A stretch of 64,000 nt of DNA from the NCBI GenBank assembly GCA_051362555.1, contig CM120641.1, positions 39,314,401 to 39,378,400 of the forward strand, given 5' to 3'. The DNA is from Lingula anatina (taxonomy: Eukaryota > Animalia > Brachiopoda). The notes beneath the pieces were generated by a model. The model was not told the DNA's origin. It did no database searches and saw only the letters and a program-made list of their open reading frames with translations. Of the stretch, positions 35,481 through 46,392 are shown piece after piece. Every line of letters starts with the position of its first letter. Position 1 is the stretch's first letter. The translations under genes were made by a program, and so were the position numbers.

Positions 35481-35925
35481 TAAGTCACAAAGGACACTTT
35501 TGATGCAAAAATGCCATAAATAGTTAAGCCTTAAAGTGTATAGCGTGTAGCGTGAATAGGCCTACAGTCTGATCCAGTGATAAGGCATAACTTGTATTGG
35601 ACATAGTAACGAATTCGTTTATTATGTCCAAGTACCGGGGGACTTTTCCCTTACTCCCTTGTTTCATCTTTTTTTTTATTCATCCAAAACATAAATACCA
35701 AACATATATCTTATTTTTTTCAGGACATTTTGCAATTTTCCCGCGCTTTTTCAACGACTTACGAAATTTAAACACCATTTAATTCTGATGCATTTAGAAG
35801 AAAAAGATAAGATGTAACAACTGGAAAATTGAGATTGAATTCACTTTTAGTAAGATACCTGTACATTGCTATAAAATAATCTGTAAAGTCCACAGGGGCG
35901 GGTTTTAACCTTGATTATAATTAGA

Positions 35926-36175
35926 CAGGGGCGGATCCAGGATTATTTGAAGGAGGGTTCTGGAACGACATGTCTCGGATGCGAAGCCGACCATCGCCCC
36001 CTTGGTGTTTTGGAGGGCAAACAGTGCCCTTTGGTACGGTTAAGACCTATGATTTAGCTAGTCAAAATTCTAATTTTAAGAGGGGAATATTGGTGTGATA
36101 TATTTTTCAGAAACTGAAGGGGGTCAGGACTCCCCCTCCCCCCCCCCTCCCCCCCCCCCTCTAAATCCGCCACTG
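35926..36175. mobile_element. MITE of the CAGGGGCGGAT family
   Basis: CAGGGGCGGATCCAGG...CTAAATCCGCCACTG; same termini type as 13205-13372. The TSD is degenerate (TTAGA/GTACA). Confidence 0.75.
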
Positions 36176-37199
36176 GTACACGACTAAAATTAAAATTGTA
36201 TTAACCTTTTTCATCTTTTGCGGAAATACGAAGTGCGCATGACAGGAACCGCGCGCCACAGGGGTCATAGTGGTCCTCTGCTGTTTCCAGCATGGCATTG
36301 CTAGGTGTAGATGATGTACAAGGTGCGCATATAAAAAGGTCGTATGAAGCGTGCATTGCTTTCTGTCAAGCTAAAAAGGTGGCTGAAGCACAGAAATGCG
36401 TAAACTGTAGGCAAGAAACAGCTATTTGGACGGAGAATCAAGCAATTAAATATTTTCTTTCTCAGTTTAAATACGATGCGCTTTACAACTAGACTTCACC
36501 TAAGCGTCCGAGCCTTGGCTGTACTTTCAATAGTGATGACGAACTAAAGCTTCGGAGTTCTTTTAAATGCTTCCGATAATAAAGATATGCGAAAGAGACT
36601 CGTTATTTTTTTAATATATAAAATCAAAATAGCCAGTAGACTCGTACACAGCTTTCAAGAGTGTGGACAGGTGCGCAGGCCTACGTCTTCACAATTATGC
36701 ACATGTATATATGCAAGCTGTGGCGATATCACCTCATGTACCGGCAGTGTCAATTCATTACGATTTTTATGTCTTGTTTGAAGGATATCTTAAGAGATTT
36801 TTAAAGTGATAAAATGAAAAGATTTCCTGCATTGTTTGACTCGTAGCTACTGTGTATACAGGTAAAACTGACACGCAGATCGTTCGTCGGTGAACTGATT
36901 AAATCGTTTGGTACCTGATGAGGCATCAGGTGTTACTTGTTCAATTGTTCGGTAAGGCGGGCGGCCACAACTACATGTACGACCTTTCCTCTGTAATTAA
37001 AACCTTTTAAGTGTTAAATAGGTGAGACAGGAATTCTCGACTCTTTCCCAGACGATAATTAAAGTTTACCGTGTCTTACTCTAGTACATGTACAAAATTT
37101 ACGACAGGTAAAAAAAGTATGAAACAAACTGAAACAAAAACAAAATTATAGCAAGAGGCCAAATTATTTGATTTTTAAATGTTTTCAGGCGTATTTTCA

Positions 37200-38160
37200 T
37201 CGTTTTCAATCACAGACAATTAAATCATTCAAAAAAAGTGTTTCCCACACATATTACATACTTTTCAACTATCTAAGACAGTTAAATATACGTAGGCCTA
37301 CTTTAATACTTAGCATATTTGTATTATTTTACAAATACGTTGTTGGATTATGTTTATTATCCATTTTGTCTTTACCATACATGTATTATGTACGTGTAGC
37401 TTAAAGAAAGGCTTTTCTGCATTTTTTGTATTTTCCAATTCTCTTGTCATTGAGTTCAGAAATAAATAACTTTTTATTTCCCCGATAACGCGTTCAACAA
37501 GAGCCGATGTACTTTCTTCTTCGTATGTCTCTGTTGATCTTGATAATATGAGCCCCGTTTGTACAAATCAGTAATACGTATACGGGACTGAATACATAAT
37601 AATAAAAATTTTATTAACGTCTCACGTTAAAAAAAAAATAGAACCCACCCTGCTAAGGGTTATTAGAGACTAAAACCTGTGATGGGCCTACAACATTTAA
37701 AATGATCACTTATCAATAAAACACACACAAAAAGGATATTACATACAAAACTTTTCAAACCTTCTCTTTGTTGTTACACAAAAAGTCGTGAAAGTTCTTG
37801 AATTTTTTGTAAGTAGAATCCCCGTGTAAAACTTCACAGCTTTTACTTTCTTTTTCCATAATCTCATGCTTGAAGTTTTTTCTTTTAAGATTTTAAAATT
37901 ATTAGGCCCCGGCCTATTCTCCAATTTTTTCTTCAAATCTTTATAATGTTTTTTTCTCGCATTTTTTACCCCGAGTTCTATTTGCCGATAGTTCGTTATA
38001 TCCGTTGTTTAACTAAGCATTTCTGTTTTTTATTAAAGCACCGTTGATCTCCTAATATTATAGTTTTTCTTCCCGCCTTCGAAATGTTCAGCGCAAACGC
38101 GGTGCCCTGCTTTTGATCCAAACCTGCTGTATTTTCCTCTCTTTCTACCATATTTTTCAT
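37200..38160 (-). pseudogene. Possible relic of a protein-primed family-B DNA polymerase (Maverick/Polinton-like)
   Basis: Broken Lys-rich reading frames containing HRLLLNALSGK (about 37475-37507), which resembles PolB motif B KLLLNSLYGK. Motifs A and C are not clearly recoverable. Confidence 0.3.
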
Positions 38161-38716
38161 TCTAACGGGTTTGTTGGGAACTTATTAAACCTCATGTGTC
38201 GATCTCGCTTACTGTTATTGTAGTAGCGGGACAAAAAGCGCGTAAACCCAGATATAGTTTTTAGCACCGCTGTAAGTGTTTCGACGTAGCAGGGCTCCCC
38301 TACCCACAATGCAATTTCAATTTCCGGAAAAGATGAAAAAGGCTAATAGAACATCGTTCAACATTGAATGTCTGAATGATGCAAGTTTAAATTACAAGTC
38401 CTTGCGGGACTTTAAAAAAATGGACTTTTCGACATAAAAAGCTTTTGGAGCTTTTTATTTAGGTTTTGTGATATAGATTTTTATCTGCCAAGTTTTGTTA
38501 CAATAAGATTTTCTGTAAAATGCCACAAGTAATTTAAGATTTATAAAATATACCTTTTCTGACAAAGTGGGCGGCCACTTTAAAACGCATGGACAACAGC
38601 TACGGATCATATTTGACACTGAATTAGATGCGTTGGAGCTAAGCAGAGCAGAGGGACAGAAAGAACGGGCGCATCTCCTTAATTAGCAGCACCCAAAATA
38701 TTTTTATTAGTTCAAC

Positions 38717-39309
38717 CAAGAAGTTATAATGAGAAGGAGTAGAAACAAGGGGTTTCCCTTCATCCTATCCTCGTAACGGGCTTAATCCTAATAATTACCC
38801 AGCTTGTGGTCTTAGGGAGAGCTTGTGCCTAATACATATTCAAAAGACCGTTCACGTGGGTTGCTTCAGCCAATTGGGATAAAGCCTCGCGAAGTCTCTA
38901 ATAATCTCACAGAGAAAACATGGTGGGATTACAAAGGTGTAGAGAGAGATTTCAAGCCTGGACGCAACCATTTCGGGAAATAAAACTCAAATCATGCAAG
39001 ATACACCTTCATTTGATCTAGAGCCGTTCAGTTATACAAAAATTAGTTTCACATCAAGAATGTATGAGAACAATTTCACAAACCCACCTTCAACGCTAAA
39101 ATTTGCACCTGTAGAAGTCTCATCAAATCAAGACGTATACGCACTGGTTCAGCTTCTCCGTCTTGAGTCACGCGGAGGCGAGCGGAGGATTAGACCAGTT
39201 ACGAGGATCGAATTTCAAAGGACGCCGCTTTGAAAAGAATGCTGCGATCTGATTGGACGAGAGAGATAATTGATGTCCCGTTTCTACTCCTTCTCATTAT
39301 AACTTCTTG
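38717..39309. mobile_element. Non-autonomous TIR element, P-element-like
   Basis: 30-bp perfect TIR CAAGAAGTTATAATGAGAAGGAGTAGAAAC with CA...TG ends and a 7-bp TSD GTTCAAC (38710-38716 and 39310-39316). Confidence 0.85.
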
Positions 39310-39339
39310 GTTCAACCCAACTCCGTGGGTACATTGAAT

Positions 39340-39415
39340 GCGACGTGTTAATCTGATTGCATTCAATGTACCCAACTCCGTGGGTACATTGAATGCAATC
39401 AGATTAACACGTCGC
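39340..39415. repeat. Perfect hairpin, 35-bp arms and 6-nt loop
   Basis: 39340-39374 is the exact reverse complement of 39381-39415. Confidence 0.92.
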
Positions 39416-40620
39416 CCCTTGTTTCCAATATGTACTCATATTGTACTCAACGCCAGTGGGAGGCGTGTAAATATGTTAATCTTATTGCATTCAGTGAGAA
39501 TCCCCGGGGAGTTTGATCTATTTAGAACGATGGCTTCATAGGCAATGAGCCCTAATTTTGCAGATGTCTGTGGTACAGGCGGACTAGACTCGTCCCTATA
39601 GAATCTTCGCATGAAAAATGAAAAAAGTAGGCCTATGATCGAATTCTTTCTTTTAAATCTGATAGGGGGTAAAAAAATTAATAAAATTCACAAGACATGG
39701 GATGCTATGTCAAAACAAAACTAACCAGCAAAATCTTCATTTCAGGTCATGAAGAAAAAGAACAAATCAACAACACAGTGATGCGCCAGAAACATAAAAA
39801 GCAATTTTAACACAAACACATTTCGTCTAGGCATCTTTCATACCTCCTTTGTTTCGCAATATAAATTCTTTTTTTCCTTGGGATAATTTTTTTCAGTTTA
39901 TAATGAAAATCATTATTTTTTACTTGTATGTATGTTTATTTTAAAATTATTTTATTTTAATTATTTTAAAATATTTTTGTTTTGAAACACTAAATTGATT
40001 TTTGTGACACAGTCAATTTTCATGTTCAATCCAACATGCTGTTCCTAAGCATTTTTTTTTTTAGTTGGGGGTAAGGGTGGTGGTACGAGGTTTGCAGAGT
40101 AGGTAGCAATCCTCTGGCACACTGTCATATTTTTGTCAGGATATCCTGTAATATTTGTTATGTTTCCCAATGCAGACCTTAAGAAAGCGATAATACCCTT
40201 CAAATAAAAGTTTCTGATGTCCACATTCCCGTCTGCAATTTACAGAAGGACATGGCGGACTAACACCCCATTCTCATAGATTAGATCGACCTACATTGGA
40301 TCGACCTAACTCCCTGGGGGTTCACGCTAAATAGCTGTCAGCCGGGCGGACACGAAAGTTAATTACCCCTTAAAGCTTGTAGTAGGCGGGGACGGACACT
40401 TAAGGGGGATTATCTGACAGTAATCTAGTGAGACTCCCCGCAGTGATAGATCGATCTAAAAGTTGTGAGAACAGAGCCTAAGTGACTGGACAGTCATTTA
40501 GAAGAAAACTACTTGATCAAAAATTAAACAAGACATCCAATGTATATAGAAGATTTCTGCAATAGGAATTTTAAAAAATTGTCCAAAAGGTCCACGTAAA
40601 TATATTAGTGGTGACAGTTA

Positions 40621-40987
40621 AGCCTAGGTCCCAACCGAACGTACGGGCTGCTACGTGTGGTCTACGGCCAAAAAATGGGGAAAACGTGGGAGTTCGTGCG
40701 TGAGGAGCACGTCCATCGTGCGACTTTTTGGAGGACGCAAACAGCACGTAGAAACTTTTCACCTCTTCCCTGCGATCTAGCTACGTCCTAGCCGGACGCT
40801 ACCCTCTACCAGGGCGAGTGATAGATTTTTTACAGATATTCACAGATATGTCTCTAGCTAGATAAATAATCATTTAGGGCTCAACTCAGTGAATATCTGA
40901 AAAAATCTATCACTCGCCCTGGTAGAGGGTAGCCGGACGCAAGGAACCTAAAAACCGTGCGTCCAAAACGTAGTTGGGACCTAGGCT
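40621..40987. mobile_element. PIF/Harbinger-type MITE
   Basis: TIR AGCCTAGGTCCCAAC...GTTGGGACCTAGGCT flanked by TTA on both sides. Confidence 0.85.
40800..40931. mobile_element. Small MITE nested within the Harbinger MITE
   Basis: TIRs of about 43 bp (TACCCTCTACCAGGGCGAGTGATAGATTTTTT). Flanking direct repeat GCCGGACGC, 7-9 bp depending on where the ends are placed. Confidence 0.85.
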
Positions 40988-43075
40988 TTACTGTATACCC
41001 CCTTACCCAGAATGAGACAAACCATTGCATAACACGACAATAGACAGGTGAGCTATCTATTAGCTGGCTAAACCAATAGCCTTCCAAAAGCGTCGAGTTG
41101 GCATTATCAGGTCTTGGCGCATTCTGTACTGAGGTATTTTTATGAACGAATAACTAAATAATCTGTATTAATTAATGACCCACAACTATGATTTTATCAA
41201 TTAATATATAATACCATATATATATTTATATATATTCACCCGTTTATATAAGAGTGAAAAATTCAAAGGCAACCCCTCAATCAAAATGCACTGTGCCTGT
41301 TGTAATTTGCATAACAATTTGTCGCTCAGCGCAGTGCGAGCTATCTTCTCGACTGTTCACTTGACAGCTGGACACTGTAAGAAGAGGACGCAGGATAGGT
41401 GTGGTGGAGTTTCGATCCCAATTTGTATGTTGTACCCAAGTTTGAAGCAAAGAGGTCTTGTGATTTAATGTATTTACGTCTTATAGCATACAAATGTACG
41501 TGGAATTCGATAATGCGGTGAGTAGGCCTACGGTTTTTGTCTGAGTAATTCACTTTTTTCTCTTCTCAAGTTTGATAAAGTTTGTACATAAGGCTTTGTC
41601 AGGCGTTTATTTCAGTTCGGGATGGGTTGAATGGGCTCTTTGCCTTTCTTGATTAAGATGTTCATTGCACTAGAAATGTTTCTTACAAATTTTGTCATGT
41701 TTTTATGAGTCCAAATTACCAGGTTCTAGTTTTACTGTTTGTTTGGGTATAACTTAAAACAATATTGAAATATTGAAAAGCACTTTACCAATAAACTCAT
41801 AACTAATATGAAAAAAGTTGTTGTATTAGATATCACTTTTCTGTGTCTTAGAACTGTCAGTTCAATATCCCACTGTACGCAAATGGGTCATCTAAACACA
41901 TCCGCATTTTAAAAACGTTTTATTAACATTAAATTTTGTGCTTGATTTATTAGTGTGTACCTTCTCAGGTGGCTACATTAGAAGCTGTTGTACATATGGT
42001 TTAATTTTAAGAAAAATCATTACCATGTTTGCAACTGAAACAGACAAACGAGAACGTTTGAAAAGAGTTTTTTTTACGATGCGTACAGCATTCATTGAAA
42101 TTTTCCAATCAAATTTTTTAATCATCCTTAATGCGATTTTTTCAAAACAAGGACAGCCTTTCCATTGATTTTATTTTATTGTCAGTTCATATTCCATTGC
42201 GTTGTAGTGCCATTTTAATATCGTTGTTCAAACATTACTTTTAAATTTCAGATTTATCTTCTCTTTGTCGACATCTGTCAAAAGCACTTACGCCCGACGG
42301 AAGCTTTCCTGGTCTTCTGGTGGTATTTTGGAACCGGACACAGACACTCGCTCGCAAGGAAAATGCAGTGTGACGAAATAGTACATGGTCTTACGATTTT
42401 CGAACCATTTAAAGCCGGCATATTAAACTTTTGTTTACTAAGATGGACTTTATTCCATTTTCCAAACTATACTGAGAAAAAAAAATCAGTTTTGTTTTCA
42501 AATGTATATCCTAGGGATCGATCATGATCCTTATCAAACTATACGGTACCAACTCGGTTGTATCTTATTTCATTCGAAAATCATTAAGCTTCTCCCCAGT
42601 TATATTAGATTGAGCAATAAAGTGATCATTAACGTGTTTTTGATGCAATAGTGTATTTTCCAATGTGTTCGCATGTCACAACTTTAAATCTTGAATGTAA
42701 AAATGCAAGTTGAGATTTAAGTTTATTAAGCAGATTAGCTAACTGTATCGTTTGCTGTAAAGTGTACACTGTAAAAGTCGATTTTATTTTCATCATTTTA
42801 CAGTTTTATTAACACTTGTGAATGACGAGCAATTTATGAAAATAAAGGCACTGCTTTGGGTTGTTTTTGATTTAATCTCTAAGATAAAGAAATAAAGGCA
42901 ACATTGATCTTAACTGAATTTTCTGAACCTAAAATCTGTTCATTTTGAATATTTTGGCTTATTAGAACAAAAAAAAAAAAAAAAAAAAAAAAATGCTTAA
43001 ATTTGTAATTTTGAATAGTTTTAAAATTAATAAAGTCTCATTATTGAGATCACTTTGAGAAAGATGTAATAAACA

Positions 43076-44015
43076 TGGGGCAAGTCCACTTCATTTGAGG
43101 GGTACCAGGTGGGTCTCGTCCACTTTATTTGAGGGATGGCAGGTGAGATAGTCCACTTCACTTGAGGGGTGACAGGTGGGGCGAGTTCACTTTATTTGAG
43201 GGGTGACAGGTGGGGATATTCCATTTCACTTGAGGGGTGTCAGGTGGGGCGAGTTCACTTTATTTGAAGGGTGACAGGTGGGGATATTCCATTTCACTTG
43301 AGGGGTGTCAGGTGGGGCGAGTTCACTTTATTTGAAGGGTGACAGGTGGGGCGAGGCCACTTGAGTTGAGGGGTGACAGGTGGGGCGAGTCCACTTGAGT
43401 TGAGGGGTGACAGGTGGGGCGAGTCCACTTGAGTTGAGGGGTGACAGGTGGGGCGAGTCCACTTGAGTTGAGGGGTGACAGGTGGGGCGAGTCCACTTCA
43501 TTTGAGGGGTGACAGGTGGTGCGAGTCCACTTCATTTGAGGGGTACCAGGTGGGGCGAGTCCACTTGAGTTGAGGGGTGACAGGTGGGGCGAGTCCACTT
43601 CATTTGAGGGGTGACAGGTGGGGCGAGTTCACTTGAGTTGAGGGGTGACAGGTGGGGCGAGTCCACTTTATTTGAGGGGTACCAGGTGGGGCGAGTTCAC
43701 TTTATTTGAGGGGTGACAGGTGGGGCGAGTTCACTTTATTTGAGGGGTGACAGGTGGGGCGAGTCCACTTTATTTGAGGGGTGACAGGTGGGTCGAGTTC
43801 ACTTTATTTGAGGGGTGACAGGTGGGGCGAGTTCACTTTATTTGAGGGGTGACAGGTGGGGCGAGTTCACTTTATTTGAGGGGTGACAGGTGGGGTGAGT
43901 TCACTTTATTTGAGGGGTGGCAGGTGGGGCGAGTTCACTTTATTTGAGGGGTGACAGGTGGGGCGAGTTAAATATAATTGAGGGGAGACATTGAGAGTTC
44001 ATTTTATTTGAAGGG
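43076..44015. repeat. 34-bp G-rich minisatellite, about 27 units
   Basis: Unit GAGGGGTGACAGGTGGGGCGAGT(C/T)CACTT(GAG/CAT/TAT)TT, with degenerate units at both ends. Confidence 0.97.
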
Positions 44016-44797
44016 GGTGAAGGATGTAAAATGGGATAATACTGCCAAATTTTGGGACAATTAAGAATGTTATCATTAAAGCTTACTTAAGGTTGCATCA
44101 GAATGTCATTTTCTTTCTTTCATGTTCAAAATTTGAATTAAAATATTATTATGAATACAAGTTTGTGAAACAAAAATCAATTTGCGGTACTTTATTAAGA
44201 AAATTGACCAAAATGATATTCAGAAGGACAAACTAATTTGTTATTAGGGACATAAAACCCTACAATAAAACGAAATTTAGAATAAATTTTCAAGAAGTGA
44301 GATTGTAAATTTACAAAAATTGTCCTTGTTGTGAGTTGTTGTGAAATCCCTCAGCGAGTTATGGCATTTCAAAAATGTCATTTCATAATTAACAAAAATA
44401 CTCAGTTTAAAAACCGTTTCAATTATACCATAGACAATCGTCAATCCCACAGACAAAAAAAAGCAATATTTGTCATAAATGGAGATTTCAAATATGGCAT
44501 AGAATTTGAGTAATCTTACTCCTTTCCCCTTGTTATACTATAATCTGTATCATTATTTGTTCATATCAAATTAAAAAAATACCACAGAATTACAAAGTGT
44601 TTATTTGGTTTTTGACAAAGTAGATACATGAATGTACGTGGCATTCTCAACTGTGAACCAATGGCATGGAGCGCAATATCTCGCTGGGCTTCTGAAATGA
44701 TAAAACAACGTCTACAATTTTTGACAATACGCTTCTTAAAATACACTAATTACTACATAGAATGAGATACAATAAATATTTGAAATTATATGGGTGT

Positions 44798-45218
44798 TGT
44801 TGCGAATACAAAAACATAATTTTCCGGTGGAGGTATGAACATTTATTTACACACGTCTTGACACAAACTGATGACGGTGAACTGAAATAATTGAAACAAA
44901 TGAAACAAATGAAAGTAACAGAATAAACAAATATAAATTTCAACTTAATACAAATATCACAATAAAGAAATTACAATAAAACACATATATAAAATAACTA
45001 AATACATACATAACAATGCTGCCTCCACTCATTCGCGTACAGTACTAGGCGTGTTCCAACCACGACAATACATGGTGACGTTTTATTACTACTCAACAGA
45101 ACACCAATCATCCAACATATGAGGGCGCCACTCACACCAAGACGAGACAACACAAAGTAAACATGACAAACAACACAAACAAACTAAACAAAAATTGCCG
45201 ACGACACTGTCGGCAACA
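44798..45218 (-). mobile_element. Solo LTR (421 bp)
   Basis: TGTTGC...GCAACA termini, 5-bp TSD GGTGT (44793-44797 and 45219-45223), and AATAAA on the minus strand near 44845. Confidence 0.8.
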
Positions 45219-46392
45219 GGTGTTTATTGGCTTCTCCAAAATGCAAGCTCTTAAAACACAAGGATTGAAATTTTAGGCTGCCTTACGCCATGAAATTATA
45301 ATATAAAAGAGTTATTTATTGCAACTACTGGTATTTGAGATATCTTTGCTGAGACAGAAACAATGAAAACACAATTTCGACAATTTATCCATAAACATGA
45401 TGCGCACGTTGATGAACAGAAGACCAAAACTAGGGCCTACGGCGAGCATTATTATCAAAAGTAGTGTTTTTGTGGCAATGATTCAGCTAATGATTACATT
45501 CAAATAAAACATTTCAAACTGAGTAACAAATAGTTTCAGATGTCCAAGGCTACAAAAATAAAAGCTACACAGAAATACTAAACAATAGATCGAAAAATAA
45601 ACTTATCAAAGGTCATCCAAGAACATCGTTTCTCCAATCTACGTTTGCAGCCGAAAGCATTGTGAGATTAACAAAACCAATATATTGCCTACTATTGCTA
45701 AGATATTCTGAGTGACATAGGCCTATACAAGTGGCTAATGACATACATACATAATATTACATAGAATCGCCGCTCTAATGTCAATTGTTGAAGAAATATG
45801 GATACTTACAAAATGATACATTTAAATTGCTTCCACGCCTTTTTTTTTTAAAAAAAAACTCGACCTTGCGACTGCACCACGTACATCGATGTAGGCCTCA
45901 GTACGTATGCCTACTGTCAAATAAATGAGCAGGCCTACGTATACAGTAGGTTTTATTCTGGAATACAGCTCGACCTGCGATGAGCAAGTTATTGTTATGC
46001 AAATTACAACAGGTATAGCTCATTCCAGGTGAGAGGTTGTCGCAGAAACTGTTCACAAAAGTACACGGTCAAAATGTCACACTACCGCCAACACCATGCT
46101 AGTCAATATACATGTACATACATATATAGTAGGCCTACACAGTTTGCCTATTAGGCCTGCTTTTTCCTCCCTTAATTAAAACTGTTAAAATTCCAGTTTT
46201 AAAACACATTAATCGACCTGCTAAATTACTTCAACAAGATGTTTCTTGGGGTTTATCAAAAGCAGACTAACATTCAATTTTAATTTACATTTTCACCTTT
46301 TAAAATAAAAATGGATATATAACGCATATCTACACTCATTAATTTTCTTTCGCGCACATAAACCATAAAATAGAAGTAGGAAAAAAGTATTA

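Noticed and set aside
43076-44015. Regular repeats as a CRISPR array, and ORF 43323-43598 as a protein
   Set aside because: The units are contiguous with no unique spacers, there are no cas genes and the context is eukaryotic. The ORF is just the translated minisatellite.
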